From Raja brachyura (lineage: Eukaryota), in contig OY740811.1 in NCBI GenBank assembly GCA_963514005.1, forward strand, positions 27,652,001 through 27,716,000: a stretch of 64,000 nt of DNA, given 5' to 3'. Position numbers and translations under genes: made by a program. Position 1 is the stretch's first letter. The number at the start of each line of letters is the position of its first letter. This document shows positions 1-13,727 of the stretch, one piece after another. A model generated the notes under the pieces. That model made no database searches, was not told the DNA's origin, and saw nothing but the letters and a program-made list of their open reading frames with translations.

Positions 1-231
1 ACAATAATGCACCCACTTTATAAAAGGGAGTGTTCTGCTTGTTTCAATTTGAGTTACGACTTGTTTTCCCAGTTCTTTGAGCATGCTCTATTTTGCTGAA
101 CGCCATATTGACAACCGAGGCAGAATCTGGGAATGTGCACAGAAGGATCTCAGTGGCCCACAGTGCAGTATCTGCTGTCACAAACCTGGAGGTCCAGCAT
201 GCCAACCTAATTCAAGTGGAGGAACACTCAC

Positions 232-379
232 TGTATCCCTTGTGGTTATGGGTCCCAAGTCTAATGGGACAACAGGGTTCTGATGGAGCAGGGAGCTGCT
301 TCACTGGAGGCATGACCTCTAGATCTGGCACAAAAGCATGTTCCACACTAGCTGCTCCAATGAATACAAAATATACAGC
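232..379 (-). CDS. Putative coding exon AVYFVFIGAASVEHAFVPDLEVMPPVKQLPAPSEPCCPIRLGTHNHKGY (phase 0 in, phase 1 out)
   Basis: Acceptor tttacattttAG and donor ACA|GTGAGT. Only one of three frames is open across the 148 nt. Non-repetitive sequence. Protein family not recognised. Confidence 0.55.
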
Positions 380-1392
380 CTAAAATGTAAATACTCTTTA
401 ATCAAGCAGCAGAGAAGCTGATCATTAATCTTGTGGCCGTGTGTAGACAGCTCCTGGAACAGGGCGAAAGCAAAACATGCCACATATCAGTTGTTGTTTT
501 GCAGATGGGTATGCAAAGAATAGTGAGATTTTATAGGTGTTAAGACAAGAACATTATCATTTAACCTAATAAGTAAATCATGACTACTGAGAAAAACGGG
601 TCTTTGACATTTATGGAAATCCCACTGGATATCAACCTTTTTGGGGCCAATGAAAGTAGCAAGATTGAAAACAAACCCGATGTTACAGTTTGGCGCTGCC
701 TTATTTATTCAGTGGGGTGTTGACGGGTAATATCTGTATTGTGAGTTTGCCTGGTCAATACTATCAATACTCAGTGGATTTAACAATAGCCAAACTGTTT
801 GAATTCGATGTTTTTTCCATTACGTCAAAAGCACTAATGGACAGGAACAGTGTGCATACTGTTGGTTAGGGATCAGAGCTGAACAGGCTGTTAGGTCCCA
901 GTCTCAGTGCCAAGGGAGTTGGTGCCCACAGGCCCTATAGTGTGCATGTAGTGAGAAGAGGGACATCACTCAAAGCTCCAGACCCTGTCCAGGGTAGGAG
1001 CATACACAGATATATGGATACTATGTGTACGAGCTACTGGAGCGCCTTTGTTAGTCGTAGATTCGACTAATCATCTCAGCTCACACTTGGACAGAAGAGA
1101 TGGGCTGCAAACCTCCAATTGGTACAGGCAAGGGTACAGGAGGAGGTAAATGGGATAATGAGGAAAATAAAATGAGATTGAGATACAAACATATCAACAC
1201 CTCTCAGGCTTAGTACAGTAGAGTTCTGTGATCTTGAAATCAAAGTAGTCTTTGGGCTGAAAGGTCAGCCATTGTTCTCAAACTGAGTCATGTTGCTGTT
1301 GTGAGTATGAGATCACCGACTGCCTGGTCCCAGACATGTTGTCCACTTCACAGCCAAGTATAACCTGTCGATCCAAGGGGGAGACTGTGAGC

Positions 1393-1433
1393 TGGGCGGG
1401 GGAGGGGGGGGGGGGGGGGAGAGAGAGATAGAG
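1393..1433. repeat. Poly-G run followed by (GA)n
   Basis: gggcggggggaggggggggggggggggagagagag. Similar G or C homopolymers occur at 3069-3093, 11707-11728 and 27311-27329. Confidence 0.9.
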
Positions 1434-1924
1434 ATGGTTGTGGGGTCATCCAGATCAGGAAATGGAACTGAACCATTAGATGAGATGCTAAATTACACTC
1501 CTTCAGCAGTCTTTGGAGCATTAACTAATGGAGTTAATTCTCGAGAACTGGTTTATATACTTAGACATAGTACTTAGAATTGGCTCCCCCAATTCTAAGT
1601 GGGACTTCAGACCAAAAGCATTTACTTGCTGTAAGATACCGGATAGGAAATGTCTATTCAGTATTTTAAAAAATCTAGTTTTTAAAACAAGTTTAAGAGT
1701 TGTTCATCATCGCATGAAAAGGCACTTATGAAAAATAAGTCATAAGTAATTTAAAATATTTTATATTGAGTTAATCTTAAAATAACTAAAGACCAATATG
1801 CAAAAACAAATAACATCTTGCAAGTACTTGTTATTTACAAATTTAAAGCAAACCTAATATCATGGTCCTACAATGCTAGGTAATAGGAAAAATCAACTTT
1901 TATTGATATAACATCTTCAGAGTA

Positions 1925-2170
1925 GGAGAATCATGAACTAGAGGGTATAGGTTTCATGGTGAGAGGGGAATGAACCCGAGTGGCAATTTTATCCACATCA
2001 CGGGTGGTGGATAGATGGAACAAGGTACCAGAGGAAGCAGTTGTGGCAGAAACAATGACAATGTTTAAAAGACATTTGGATAGGTACATGGATAGGAGAG
2101 GATTGCAGGGATACATGCCAGATGGCACAAGCTTAGAAAGAGCATCATGGTCAACATGAACCAGTTGGAC
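1925..2170 (+). mobile_element. Degenerate CR1-clade LINE 3' fragment
   Basis: Resembles the ORF2 C-terminus (RVVDRWNKVPEEAVVAETMTMFKRHLDRYMD) and the 3'UTR seen in other copies in the window. Confidence 0.75.
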
Positions 2171-3714
2171 TAAGCTTCAGTATAACATTGCATCCAAAGC
2201 TGGTGTCACTGAGAATGCAGCACACCCTGAAAATGCTCTGAAAGGTTTGCCTGAATATGGCCCCATTTCTCTACAGTAGAATTCAAGGCCTTAACCTTCT
2301 AACTGAGGCCGCTGAGTGAACCCTCAGGTGCTGATAGAACCTCTTGAACGATTCTAGCAGTCCTGAAAGGAAGAAAAAAAAGAAAGTTTGAGAGGATCCA
2401 TTAAAACGTGCAAGGCGTTTCCGTGCAGTATAGCTTCATGACTATGAGTAAGGCACTTACGAGATTCAAGATTGTGCAATTATGCTGTTCCAACATTTTA
2501 AGTCATTGTTGGCCTTGCACTACCTGATATAAATAATTTCAAAATCCATTCACTTGTTGACCTTCTCAACAGTTGTCAGGAAGGGATCAAAGTGTAATCC
2601 TGTCTTTCAGTTCATTAAACCAATTTAATTGCCAAACATTGACAAAGGCCAGGCAGTAAATGGGGAATTGTTGTATCATGTACACAAAAGTAGAGATAAA
2701 GAATAAATGTTCAAAGAAAAAATCTTGCTCGAATTGCCAAAAAAGCCATTAATTATAAATGGTCTATTCGTTTGGGAAGTCTTTTTCTCTTCCTTGGCAG
2801 TCTCACATGCTTGAGATGACTCACAACCAGCCCAGCTTAAAGAAGTTGCTGGTGATTTCTATCCATATTGGATGGCCATTGGACTTCAGTAACCGCGCTG
2901 ACGGGCCACACAAGCTCTTAGCATGTGGTCCTACACAATTGGAGACAAGAGGCAGGGACATGCATGGCAACCCACACACAAAGACACACAAGTCATGTGA
3001 TGTTGTTCATATCCTCTTCCTTAGCACCCTCCCCTTGTCCAATGATTTGCGCTCTCTGCCTCTATGTACCCCCCCCCCCCCCCCCCCCCCCCCACCCACC
3101 CCGACTTGGGGGAACCTTCAGCAGCCTGTCCCAGTCTACCCCATGTGGTAGATCTTTGTTAACTCTTTGGGAGAGTTGGTGGGTCACTGCACAGTTTCCT
3201 GGCTCAGAGGTCCATCACTCAACTGTCATTCGCTCTGACACTTCCACTTGATTCCCCATTATATCACTGGATATGCAGGGATTGGAGGGATATGGATTAT
3301 GTACAGGTAGATAGGGGTTGGTCCAGGCACCATGCTCAGTGTACAACTTTGTGGGCTAAAGAGCTTGTTCCTTTGCTGTACGGTTCTAAGGTTGCATCAC
3401 TGAAAACACAAGAAACTGGTTGGTAATAGAAACTGCTCCAGCAGAGAAATCCTTTTCAGGAGTAACTTGCTGCACCTTTCTGGGAAGACCTGCATTGTCC
3501 AAACCTGACAAAGAGCATTTTACAAAGAGCAACTTGGTGAAATCTCTACTCCAGGATCACACCCCACATTTCTCTTTATTCATATCAGCATCGGGAGTAA
3601 TTTAGCACAATGATCCTAATGGCCAATGTTTCAAGACATTTTTATCAATGCAATGACTTCCTGCCCGTACTTTACCTCAAACTCCAGTAATTGAGTTTTA
3701 CCATATAATAACTC

Positions 3715-3855
3715 TAAAAAGACATAGCCAATATCATCAAATACCCCACACCATCCTGGCCATGCTCTCATCTCACCACTACCATCGGGAAGAAGGTACA
3801 AGAGCCTGAAAAAGGGACCACAAGGTTCAAGAACAGCTTCTTCCCAGCAACCATA
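3715..3855 (+). mobile_element. Rex1/Babar-like LINE 3' fragment
   Basis: Encodes a degenerate IIKxPHHPGHALISPLPSGRRYKSL motif, homologous to 12660-12945. Confidence 0.7.
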
Positions 3856-4634
3856 CGCATGATAACTAAATAATCTGACTTAAAATATCTGTTCTTCATG
3901 TGATCAATTTAAATTGGTCAAGTTTACTCCTGTACCAGGCAGTTGTTGCACATTTCAAAATGCCAGCTTGTTTTATTTTTTTTTAAACTTTCATTTCCTT
4001 ATAACATATCTTTTCTTTTAAACTAGTCATTCTTTCCTAAATGTCTTTCCTTTAACTGTTTTAACTTAATTCACCCACTTTCCATGCTCTCTAGTTATCT
4101 CTCAACCTCAGTGGTTTGGTTGACAGAACATATCTCTAGTTATTCACCGGGGTCCCAGATATACAGCTCATCCTCAACTCCAACACCATCCACACATTCA
4201 TTACAAACTATCGGGTACAACATACAGGGCACAGCCTTTCACCTTGGCACAAAGTTTAATTCTCTCCCGTTTCAGGAGCCTGATCAGAAACAGTTGGCAG
4301 TTTTAACCAAGCCAGCAGGGTATCGTGTGTGAAGAAACACAAACTAGACTGACACTGGAAACAGATGACAGCTACATTTTAAGCCTGGGATTACATCACA
4401 AAGTATAAAGGGCCATTAAATGCATGTAGGGTTTTATATTTTGTGCATCTGAACATATATAAATGAGTGTGAGATGTTTGAAGTAGTAAGAATGCAGCAA
4501 CTGTTAAGTTATAGTCATTCAGCAGGGTACAGGCCCTTTGGCCCAACTCATCCATGCTGACCTAGATGCCCCGTCTAAGCTAGTCCCTTTTACCCATGAT
4601 TGGTATGTCGACAAATACTCTTGAATACAGGTCG

Positions 4635-4875
4635 ACGCTAAAAAGCATATTGACCGGCTGCATCATGGCCTGATTCAGCAACTCGAATGCCCAGGAATGA
4701 AGATTACAAAACGTGGCAACCCCGGTCCATCACGGGTACTGACCTCCCCACCGTCCAATGGATCTATAAACGGTGCTGCCTCAAACCACCCTGCCCTTGC
4801 TCTCATTTCAATCCTACCATCAGGAAGAAGGTATGGACGTCTGATAACCATGACATCCAGCTTCAGGAACAGCTT
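4635..4875 (+). mobile_element. Rex1/Babar-like LINE 3' fragment
   Basis: Degenerate SILTGCIMAW...ITGTDLPT...LPSGRRY...SSFRNSF motifs. Confidence 0.7.
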
Positions 4876-5339
4876 TAGTTTAGCTTATTATTGTCATGTG
4901 TACTGAGGTGCAGTAAAGGTTTTTTTCGTTGTGTGTTATCCTGTCAGCAAAAAACGACTATACATGATTACACTCAAGCCATCCACAGTGTACAGCTACA
5001 GAATAAAGGGAATAACGTTTAGTGCAAGATAAAGTCCAGTAAAGTCTGATTATCAACAACCATCATGTTCTTGAACACTACAAACACCAACTAAATGTAG
5101 AAGTACAAACTTTCTTGGTTGCACTAGGGACTTCAGGCTTTTGTTTTGTATTTTATTTATTGAACGTTTTTTGTTTGTTTAAAATGTTATCTATTGAATA
5201 CTGTTTAGTTATTTACAGACCTGTTAAGCTGCTGAAAGTAAGAATTTCATTGTTCCGTTTCGGTATAAGTGACAACTAAATACTTTTGACTTTGCCAATA
5301 TCCGTCCAAACCCTCAATTCAGTTCATTGTCACGTGTAT

Positions 5340-5460
5340 CATGTGGTCTTGGATGGAGCTGTTCCTAAACAAAGCTGCGATGCATCCTGATGGAATGCTT
5401 TCTATGTGGCATCTGTAGAAGTTTGTGAGAGTTGGAGGGGACATGCCAAACTTCCTATGT
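5340..5460 (-). mobile_element. Rex1/Babar-like fragment
   Basis: Minus-strand translation RKFGMSPPTLTNFYRCHIESIPSGCIAALF. Confidence 0.7.
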
Positions 5461-5964
5461 GTTGGAAAGAACTGCAGTTGCTGGTTTAAATCAAAGGCAG
5501 ACACAAAATGCTGGAGTAACTCAGTGGGACAAGCAGCATCGCTGGAGAGAAGGAATGGGTGATGTTTCATGGCAAGACCCTTCTTCAGTACATAATAAAG
5601 ATGGTGTACAGGTATACATTTGAATGTGATCACCTCACGGTCTTTCCTTTCTCAAGACTGCAATATTACTCCTCGTATGGCAACTACTTCTACATTGCAA
5701 ATGCATTCTTCCTGAAGTAGGGAGATCAGACCTGCTCAATATAAATGCATCAAGGAATTTCTAATTCTTTTACTCAATTCCTCTTGTAATAAATGCCATC
5801 AAACCAAAAAGAATTTGCATCACCTACGTTAACTTCCAGCGGTTTGTGCAAGGGATACTCAAGGGCTGCCTGAACAGCAATCCCACAACAAGCCTCACCT
5901 CTTTAGATTACCTGGGTTATAAAAATATTTCTACTATATTCTAAAATATTCCTACTGTTTACCC

Positions 5965-6365
5965 CATCTATGCCTCTCATAATATTATACACTTTTACCA
6001 GGTCTATCCTCAGCTTTTGACACTAGATAAAAGAATCCAGGTTTGTCCAACCTCTCCTTACAGGTAATACCCTGAAATCTAAGCAGCTTCCTGGTAAATT
6101 CCTTGTGCATCCCCTCCAAAGCCTATACATCCTTCCTGTAATGGGGTGACCAAAACTGCGCACAATACTCCAAATGCAGCCTCACCAAAGTCCTATAAAG
6201 CCACATCATGACTTCCTGACTTGTACTCAATGCCCTGACCAATGAAGGCAAGCACATCGTACTCATTATTCACCACTCTATCTACTTGTGTCGCCACTTT
6301 CAGGGATCTATAAACTTGGACACCAAGATCCCTCTGTACATCAATGCTGTAAAGAGTTGTGCCAG
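5965..6365 (-). mobile_element. Degenerate CR1-clade ORF2 fragment
   Basis: Antisense similarity to the KTLVRLHLEYCAQFWSP motif of the other CR1 copies. Confidence 0.75.
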
Positions 6366-6536
6366 GCGAGTGGCTTAGTGCCTATTGTAGGTACCAGCTG
6401 CCATTCTGAGACTATCAGAATGTCCAGTTATGTACAATAATTAATTAGTATGCTTTACATCTGTGCAATACCTAAAAATTAGACAAATCACTCAGAGTTT
6501 GTAATGCCAACCTTTTTACGTTCAATAATGAGAGGG

Positions 6537-7270
6537 ATAGAAACATAGAAAATAGGTGCAGAAGGAGGTCATTCGGCCTTTCGAGCCAGCATCACCATTC
6601 ATTGTGATCAGGGCCCCAATCAATAACCCGTGCCTGCCTTCTCCCCATATCCCTTGACTCCACTAGCCCCTAGAGCTCTATCTAACTCTCTCTTAAATCC
6701 ATCCAGTGATTTGGCCTCCACTGCCCTCTGTGGCAGGAAATTATATACATTCACAACTCTCTGGGAGAAAAAGTTTTTTCTCACCTCAATCTTAAATGAC
6801 CTCCCCTTTATTCTAAGACTGTGGCCCCTGGTTCTGGACTCGCCCAACATTGGGAACATTTTTCCTACATCTAGCTTGACCAGTCCTTTTATAATTTTAT
6901 ATGTTTCTATAAGATCCCCCTCATCCTTCTAAACTCCAGTGAATACAAGCCTAGTCTTTTCAATCTTTCCTCATATGACAGTCCCGCCATCCCAGGGATC
7001 AATCTCGTGAACTTACGCTGCACTACCTCAATCACAAGGATGTCCTTCCTTAAATTAGGAGACCAAAACTGTACCCAATACTCCAGATGTGGTCTCACCA
7101 GAGCCCTATAGAACTGCAGAAGAACCTCTCTACTCCTATACTGAAATCCTCTTGTTATTAAGGCCAACATTCCATTAGCTTTCTTCATTGCTTGCTGTAC
7201 CTGCACGCCAACTTTCAGTGACCGGTGTACAAGGACACCCAGGTCTCGCTGTACCTCCCCCTTACCTAAC
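6537..7270 (-). mobile_element. 5'-truncated CR1-clade LINE (ORF2 C-terminus plus 3'UTR with a tagaaaca-type tail)
   Basis: ORFs 6907-7206 and 6620-6859 (ALVRPHLEYWVQFWSP; RTRGHSLRIKG...FFSQRVVN), frameshifted. Confidence 0.9.
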
Positions 7271-8689
7271 CCCGATCAAATGAGTGGATGATTTGAAGCT
7301 GATGTATAATGGTTACGGGGAAACACGAGACAGATGCACAGTGACTCCTCCCCCCTCCCCCCCACCCCCCCCAACTCTCATCGTAAAAACATGCACGGTT
7401 TTCGAGGCCATTACACACATTCAACTCGCAAGTTTTAATAACTCAATGGCATGCACCTCAAAGTCAGCAAATATAACTCCATAAACACTGTTGAAATTGG
7501 AAAGGAAAATGAGGAAAGTTTAGGAGAGCCCAGAGCACACCAAATACAATTGCAAGTCATTAATCACCAGAGCGAGTCAGAGATATCGGAGCCTGAGGAA
7601 GGTTGACAATAATCAATAAATCTTTTCCGTGACGCAGGCATGGTTTCTATCTACACCTCTCCACAGACAATGGAAAATAGATTTCTTGTACATTCCTCAA
7701 CGTGGAATCATTACTGTGCATACAACACACACGTCAAACAATTAGCTTCTGGTTTTGCTTCAGTATCTAGGACTAAACTGCAGGAAAGGCTTGACGAAAC
7801 TTTAAAACATGTTCCACTTGCAACATCCTGGTCATTTACCTGTACTTAGCAGGTAAATTATTGTTAAAATTAATTCCTCATCCATTTGGATATTATAAAT
7901 GAAAATATTCTGTCATATTTAAGTTTGCTATGAGAACTGTTTATTGGAATGTTCTGCTATGGTTTCTAAGTACTGAGGCCTTATTGCAATAGCTTTAGAA
8001 TTAGGTCTTACGCATAATACCTTTGAATGACAGTCACTGGATTAAGAACATTGTTATCTCTTGGCTTTGCCCACACTCTTGGTATTTTTCAACCACACCT
8101 AGATTTAGAAGATAATTTGGAAGGTATCCAGTTTTATTTAGTCATGACCCAGAAATTACACTGCAGAATAGCTCTGGTTAAATCATGTGACTGTATAACC
8201 CGTCTGGGTACAACCAGTACAGACCAGACTGGTAGAGTCAGCTCAGCTTCTTGCCTTCAGCTACACTGCCCAGTTACACTTGGGGCACAAGGTTAGAATC
8301 GATCACATTCAGTTTCTGTCTGTCGTGTGATGCGACAAAGAAGGGATATTATCAATCACGCAAGCTATCTATATCAAATTGACCATCCACACAGGCATGA
8401 GGGAGGGAAAGCTATCAATGGGGAATCATAGGTCCAAGTTCGCCTGCTTGTTCCTCCCAAGACCACATGTTGTGTCTTAAACCATTTCACAAGATGTTAT
8501 TTTCTGGAAGAAAGCAATCTCATTTCTATTTGAATAAATCCCTCCTAATTGCTTCCACACTCTCCCATGTCCTGTTATCGCCCATCCTTCATTGAAATAT
8601 TGCTTCAGCAGGTTATCTCCAGACCACGACCAACAGTGTTGGAGAAGACCTCTGGTTCGTCTGCTCTAGACACGTTGAAACTGCTTGCT

Positions 8690-8765
8690 GTGTCCTTGGG
8701 TCAGTATGGAAGAAATCAGCCAAGGTTCAGCTATCACTCTCCAGTGACCCAAGCTGGCAGCTACT
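8690..8765 (+). mobile_element. Possible ancient DeuSINE/SacSINE-like core remnant
   Basis: aaatcagccaaggttcagctatcactctccagtgacccaagctgg resembles, from memory, the conserved Deu-domain core. Not verified. Confidence 0.3.
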
Positions 8766-10560
8766 CCATGAGTATATCACATCAGAACAGGTTTAAGATT
8801 AACATACACATCCAGACAATTAATAAATTGGAACAAAAATGTGCAAACTTCTTTCTTTCTGGTTTAAAAGTGTCTGTGACAGACATTGGCTGCCTCAGAG
8901 CAGAGAGATGACGGAGGAAGTACTTGGTAGAGATATTCACAATTATGGATTTGGATAAAATGAATAACGTGCAGTGTGGTCGGTAACGGAGAATGTAGAT
9001 TAGAAATGACTGAAGGAAGAATTGGAGCGGATATGAGCAGAAGTTTATTTCTGCAGCAAATTGGAATGTATAGCATGGCCTGGCACAGGTAGCCTGACTC
9101 GGTATGTACAGCCTAAATGAGTGCTGGATCCAGATTCAACAGCATCTTTTGAAAGGGATTTAGATAAATAACTGAAAGGAAAATAAAATACAGAGAATGG
9201 GTAAAGGGCGCAGGAGTCAGATTAAATTGACCAGTACTTTCCAAAGAGCCAGTATGGATTTGAATGGCTGTCGTCTGTGCAGGAAATTCTTTGATCCCAC
9301 ACCCTTCTTTCTTTCCCCTCGTTTTGCTTTCTACCATTCCCGACTCTTCAGATCACTGCCTTAACCCACTCCGTCCATTGCTGTAGGTCCAAGGTTCTGA
9401 CTTGCACAGCTCCTTAGTCTCTCTACCCCATCACTATCTCTCCCACAGCAACAAGCCAAACCATCTTTCCTACCCTTCTTGGGGAATGCCTGGCCAATCT
9501 CATTTACCCAACAGTCTCTTTGTACTTCCCCGAATACTAAACATTACAAGATGACTTTAGAGAGTTGTCTGATATGATGAGTGGTTGAAGTATATTACGA
9601 TAAACTTTTTATTCAGGACAGGCGAATCCTTGAGAGTGATGACAGGGGGAAGTATTTCTCCGTAAGGATTATACCAACCTGGATCTCCCTTAGAAAGCTG
9701 CGAAGCTGGCTGCTCACTGAAGGGCAACAAAGAATTAAAACTAACCTTAGCAACTATGAACTTTTATGGACTGTGTTTGGCTGCACTACAGGCTGGGTAT
9801 TTTTTTGTACTAGTATTATGGTTATTCATTTATTGAATTGTTTGATTATATTTATCTGTGTGAATTGCATCAATGGGCCTGTTGAGCTGCTGTAAGTAAG
9901 AATTTCATTGTTCTGTTGTTAGTACATATGACAATTAAACACTTTTCACTCGAAATGTACAGATTTTTAGGGATATTATTAAGGGGTACAATAAAACCAA
10001 GTGAATGCAGTTCAGATATAGTTTTGATCATATGAATGGCGGAATATGTTCAAAGGGGTAAATCTCTTCAGACCCCATGTTCTCTGCATTCAATTAAAAC
10101 AGACAATTTCCTTTTCCAAAGCTAATTCCTGGGCCATCGATGAACGCAGATGGTTTTGTTTCAGCAATAAGTTGAATCAGCAAATCCACCCCTTCCCCAG
10201 CCACACTAAAATATAGATGGTGAAGGGCCCAGATTTATTGTGATGGGTGGTGGAGCCAGGCGTAACTTGTTGGGCTGGGTAAGAGATGTTTGCAAAAACA
10301 ATGAGATGGAACACAGATAAGGTGCAAGGTGTGCCACAGAGATGATTAAGAAAGAACTGCAGATGCTGGAAAAATGAAGGTAGACAAAAATGCTGGACCC
10401 GAAACATCACCTATTCCTTCGCTCCATGGATGCTGCCTCACCCGCTGAGTTTCTCCAGCATTTTTGTCTGCCACAGAGATGAGATCTGTTACCTTATTAC
10501 ACTCTCCAGCAGACCATTATAATTCAGGAAAACCATTACTAACAAAAACATCTAACTTAC

Positions 10561-10661
10561 GGACCACGGAACCGAGTGCAACATCCGAGATCAATGTTTG
10601 CGGACCAGTCTAAACTTTCAAAGCCACAATGGTCCGAACAGGGGGGCATCAATTTATGTTT
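10561..10661 (-). CDS. Putative exon 2 of the minus-strand gene, containing a start (ATG at 10584, MLHSVPWS)
   Basis: Acceptor gttcctcttgcccAG and donor TCC|GTAAGT. The last 24 nt encode MLHSVPWS and end in phase 0, compatible with the exon at 232-379. Confidence 0.45.
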
Positions 10662-11257
10662 CTGGGCAAGAGGAACACCAATAGTTTTGAGGGTTAACAT
10701 CTTCCTGAGGTTAAACAAATATCTGCTCTAATGAAGAAAGTAAATATGCCAGGAGCTCTTTGAGCAATAAACAAATTATTTAATGTTTATCTATGATGGC
10801 TAATATGATTAGAAACCAGATCAACACCATTATATATCCACTACAGATAAACATGCAAGTCTAACATGAGATGGCAGACCAGAACTTAAAATCAGATTTA
10901 ATCAAATTGATTTTGTCATAAGCAATAAATCACAATTCAGCCTCTTCAAAGTTTGACAGAGTTAAAAGTGTCAGTGGGGATTTAAATCACCTCCTAATCG
11001 ACAGTGACTTACCTTTAATGCCAACAGATATTTTTCATTCTTGTGGAAAATAGCCTTCATTAATGTGGTAACTGCTATAATGGGTTCTCCCTGATCATTG
11101 AAACATATCATTCGAAATGGCAATGTTTCCAATCCTTGTATCAGACCCACAAGCCTTTTGATGTCAATACCAAAGTCTACACCCAGTTTTGAATCAGATC
11201 AGAGCCACTTGGGAGCTTTTATTTCTAAACCCAGATATTTTGTAAATGTTTCATTCA

Positions 11258-11540
11258 TAGAACGTAAAAGAGTACACCACAGGAACAGGCCATTCAGCCC
11301 ACAATGCCTGTGCTGAACACAATGCCAAAACGACCTTTTATCTGCCTGCAGATAATCCATACATGTCAATTCCCTGCATATCCATGTGCCTATCCGAACG
11401 TCTCTTAAATAGCACTATTGTATCTGCCTCCAACACTACACCTGGCAGCATGTTCCAGACACTCGCCACCCACCGTGCATTTAATATTTCCATCCTGTGG
11501 AAAAAGCTTCTGACTATCCTATCTATGCTCCATCTATGCC
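11258..11540 (-). mobile_element. CR1-clade LINE 3' end fragment
   Basis: Antisense to the 3'UTR and ORF2 end shared by other copies (caggccattcagcccaca ... cctggcagcatgttccag). Confidence 0.7.
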
Positions 11541-12659
11541 TCTACAAAAAGGTTAGTCATATTGGGGAGAGAAATACTGTGCATTTTAGGCAGATAGGGA
11601 GAGCACACTAGAGGCGAATGCAGAAAATCTCCCCTCCACTCCAACCAAATGCAAGGTAGAACCACTTGTCATTATCCACACAAATTTGGCACTCTCTAGT
11701 TGATGCCGGGGGGGGGGGGGGGGGGGGGGTTTAATTTTGTTTTGACTAGCTCAGTGTGGCAAATCGTTAGTTTCCTTGCTGAAATCCATACACACATCAA
11801 TTCACTTACTTCACTGATGACTCATTATTAAAGAATTCAATCACGTTTCTCAGACAAGAACTTCCCTTAACAAACGTATGCTGACTGTTCCCTAATGCCT
11901 CAATAAATAAAGGGTATTACTATCCCTTAGGATGGAGCCCAATAATTTATCAAAGTTAAATGAACTCACCTGGAATAATATGATTAAACATAAGACATAT
12001 GGAACTGCAGATGCTGGAGATTTGAGTGAAAAAACACAATGTGCTGGAGTAACTCAGCAGGACAGGCAGCATCTGTGGAGAACATGGATAGGTGACGTTT
12101 CAGTTCTGGACTCATCTTTACATTTAAAGTTAAAATGTTTGAAAGTTTAAAGCCTTAATGTTTAACATATTAGCAGCTCCCTAGATTCCTGGCATCACTC
12201 CTGGAGCCAGAATGAATTGAAATGCTTGAAGCCTGCCAAACACTCCCAGGTCAGGGGAAGCTACATTTACTTCCAAGGTTATGCTGCCTTTACACTGGCT
12301 ACTCAAACACTTCATACAATGAAATTCCACGTGATCATTTTATCTCAGATTCCTACAACCGAATTGCTCTTTCACAAAACATTTCTGCATAGTTTAGTCT
12401 CCTCGAGTATGGACAATGTAATGGTAAACTTTATTCTATCTTATCTGAGTGAAACTCAGTGCCTTCAACATAATCTTAGTATACAAGAGAAAATAAATTA
12501 AGCAGGCAGCAGAGATCTCATGGCAGAATTTCAAGATTGTAAATCAAATTGTGTTTGGATCCCAGTAACAACTGTGAAATGATTTAATGTATAAACTCAG
12601 AGATTCAGAAAGCACATAGTAAAGGCAAGGTGAGTGTGACAGTGACTATCAACTTGATA

Positions 12660-12965
12660 GTCGGCAACTTGAGTGCCCAGGAGCGGAAAAGACTATAAAA
12701 AGTAGTAAACACTGCCCAGTCCATCATCGGCTCTGACCTCCCTTCCATCGTGGGGATCTATTGCAATTGCTGCCTCAAAAAGGCTAGCAGCATCATCAAG
12801 GACCCACACCAACCTGGCCACACACTCATTTCCTTGCTACCTTCAGGTAGAAGGTTCAGGAGCCTGAAGACTGCAACGTCCAGGTTCAGGAATAGCTACT
12901 TCCCCACAGCCATCAGGCTAGCAAACTCAACTCAGACAAAACTCTGAACATTAATAGCCCATTAT
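12660..12965 (+). mobile_element. Rex1/Babar-like LINE 3' end, interrupted by a CR1 insertion (resumes at 13728-13895)
   Basis: ORF 12750-12947 (CLKKASSIIKDPHQPGHTLISLLPSGRRFRSLKTATSRFRNSYFPTAIRLAN). A 3'UTR-like sequence continues after 13727. Confidence 0.8.
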
Positions 12966-12981
12966 GGTCCATTAATAGCCC

Positions 12982-13727
12982 ATGGTAAATGGTAGGGAAT
13001 TGAGGAATGCTGTGGAACAGAGGGATCTAGGAATAACTGTGCATAGTTCCCTGAAGGTGGAATCGCATGTAGATAGGGTGGTAAAGAAAGCTTTTGGTGT
13101 GCTGGCCTTTATAAATCAGAGCATTGAATATAGGAGTAGGGAAGTAATGTTAAAATTGTACAAGGCATTGGTGAGACCAATTCTGGAGTATGGTGTACAA
13201 TTTTGGTCGCCTAATTATAGGAAGGATGTCAACAAAATAGAGAGAGTACAGAGGAGGTTTACTAGAATGTTGCCTGGCTTCCAGCAACTAAGTTACAGAG
13301 AAAGGTTGAACAAGTTGGGTCTTTATTCTTTGGAGCGCAGAAGGTTAAGGGGGGACTTGATTGAGGTCTTTAAAATGATGAAAGGGATAGACAGAGTTGA
13401 CGTGGATAAGCTTTTCCCATTGAGGGTAGGAAGATTCAAACAAGAGGGCATGACATGAGAATTAAGGGACAGAAGTTTAGGGGTAACATGAGGGGGAACT
13501 TCTTTACTCAGAGAGTGGTGGCTGTGTGGAATGATCTTCCAGCAGAAGTGGTGGAGGCAGGATCGATTGTAACATTTAAAAGTAAAGTGGATAGGTATAT
13601 GGACGGGAAGGGAATTGAGGGGTATGGTCTGAGTGCAGGTAGATGGGACTAGAGGAAAATAAATGGTCGGGACGGACTGGAAGGGCCGAGAAGGCCTGTT
13701 TCCGTGCTGTAATTGTTATATGGTTAT
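12982..13727 (+). mobile_element. Young 5'-truncated CR1-clade LINE
   Basis: ORFs 12982-13458 and 13455-13652 are separated by a single frameshift. Tail ttatatggttat. Near-identical to 24227-24507. Confidence 0.92.

Noticed and set aside
2759-3251. Poly-proline ORFs (also 7284-7484)
   Set aside because: Artefacts of poly-C homopolymer runs.
3400-3505. Minus-strand 'GLDNAG' after a possible acceptor, resembling the ARF/ARL GTPase P-loop
   Set aside because: The essential KT/S does not follow (it reads GLDNAGLPRK), there is no good donor, and no other GTPase motifs are nearby. Likely chance.
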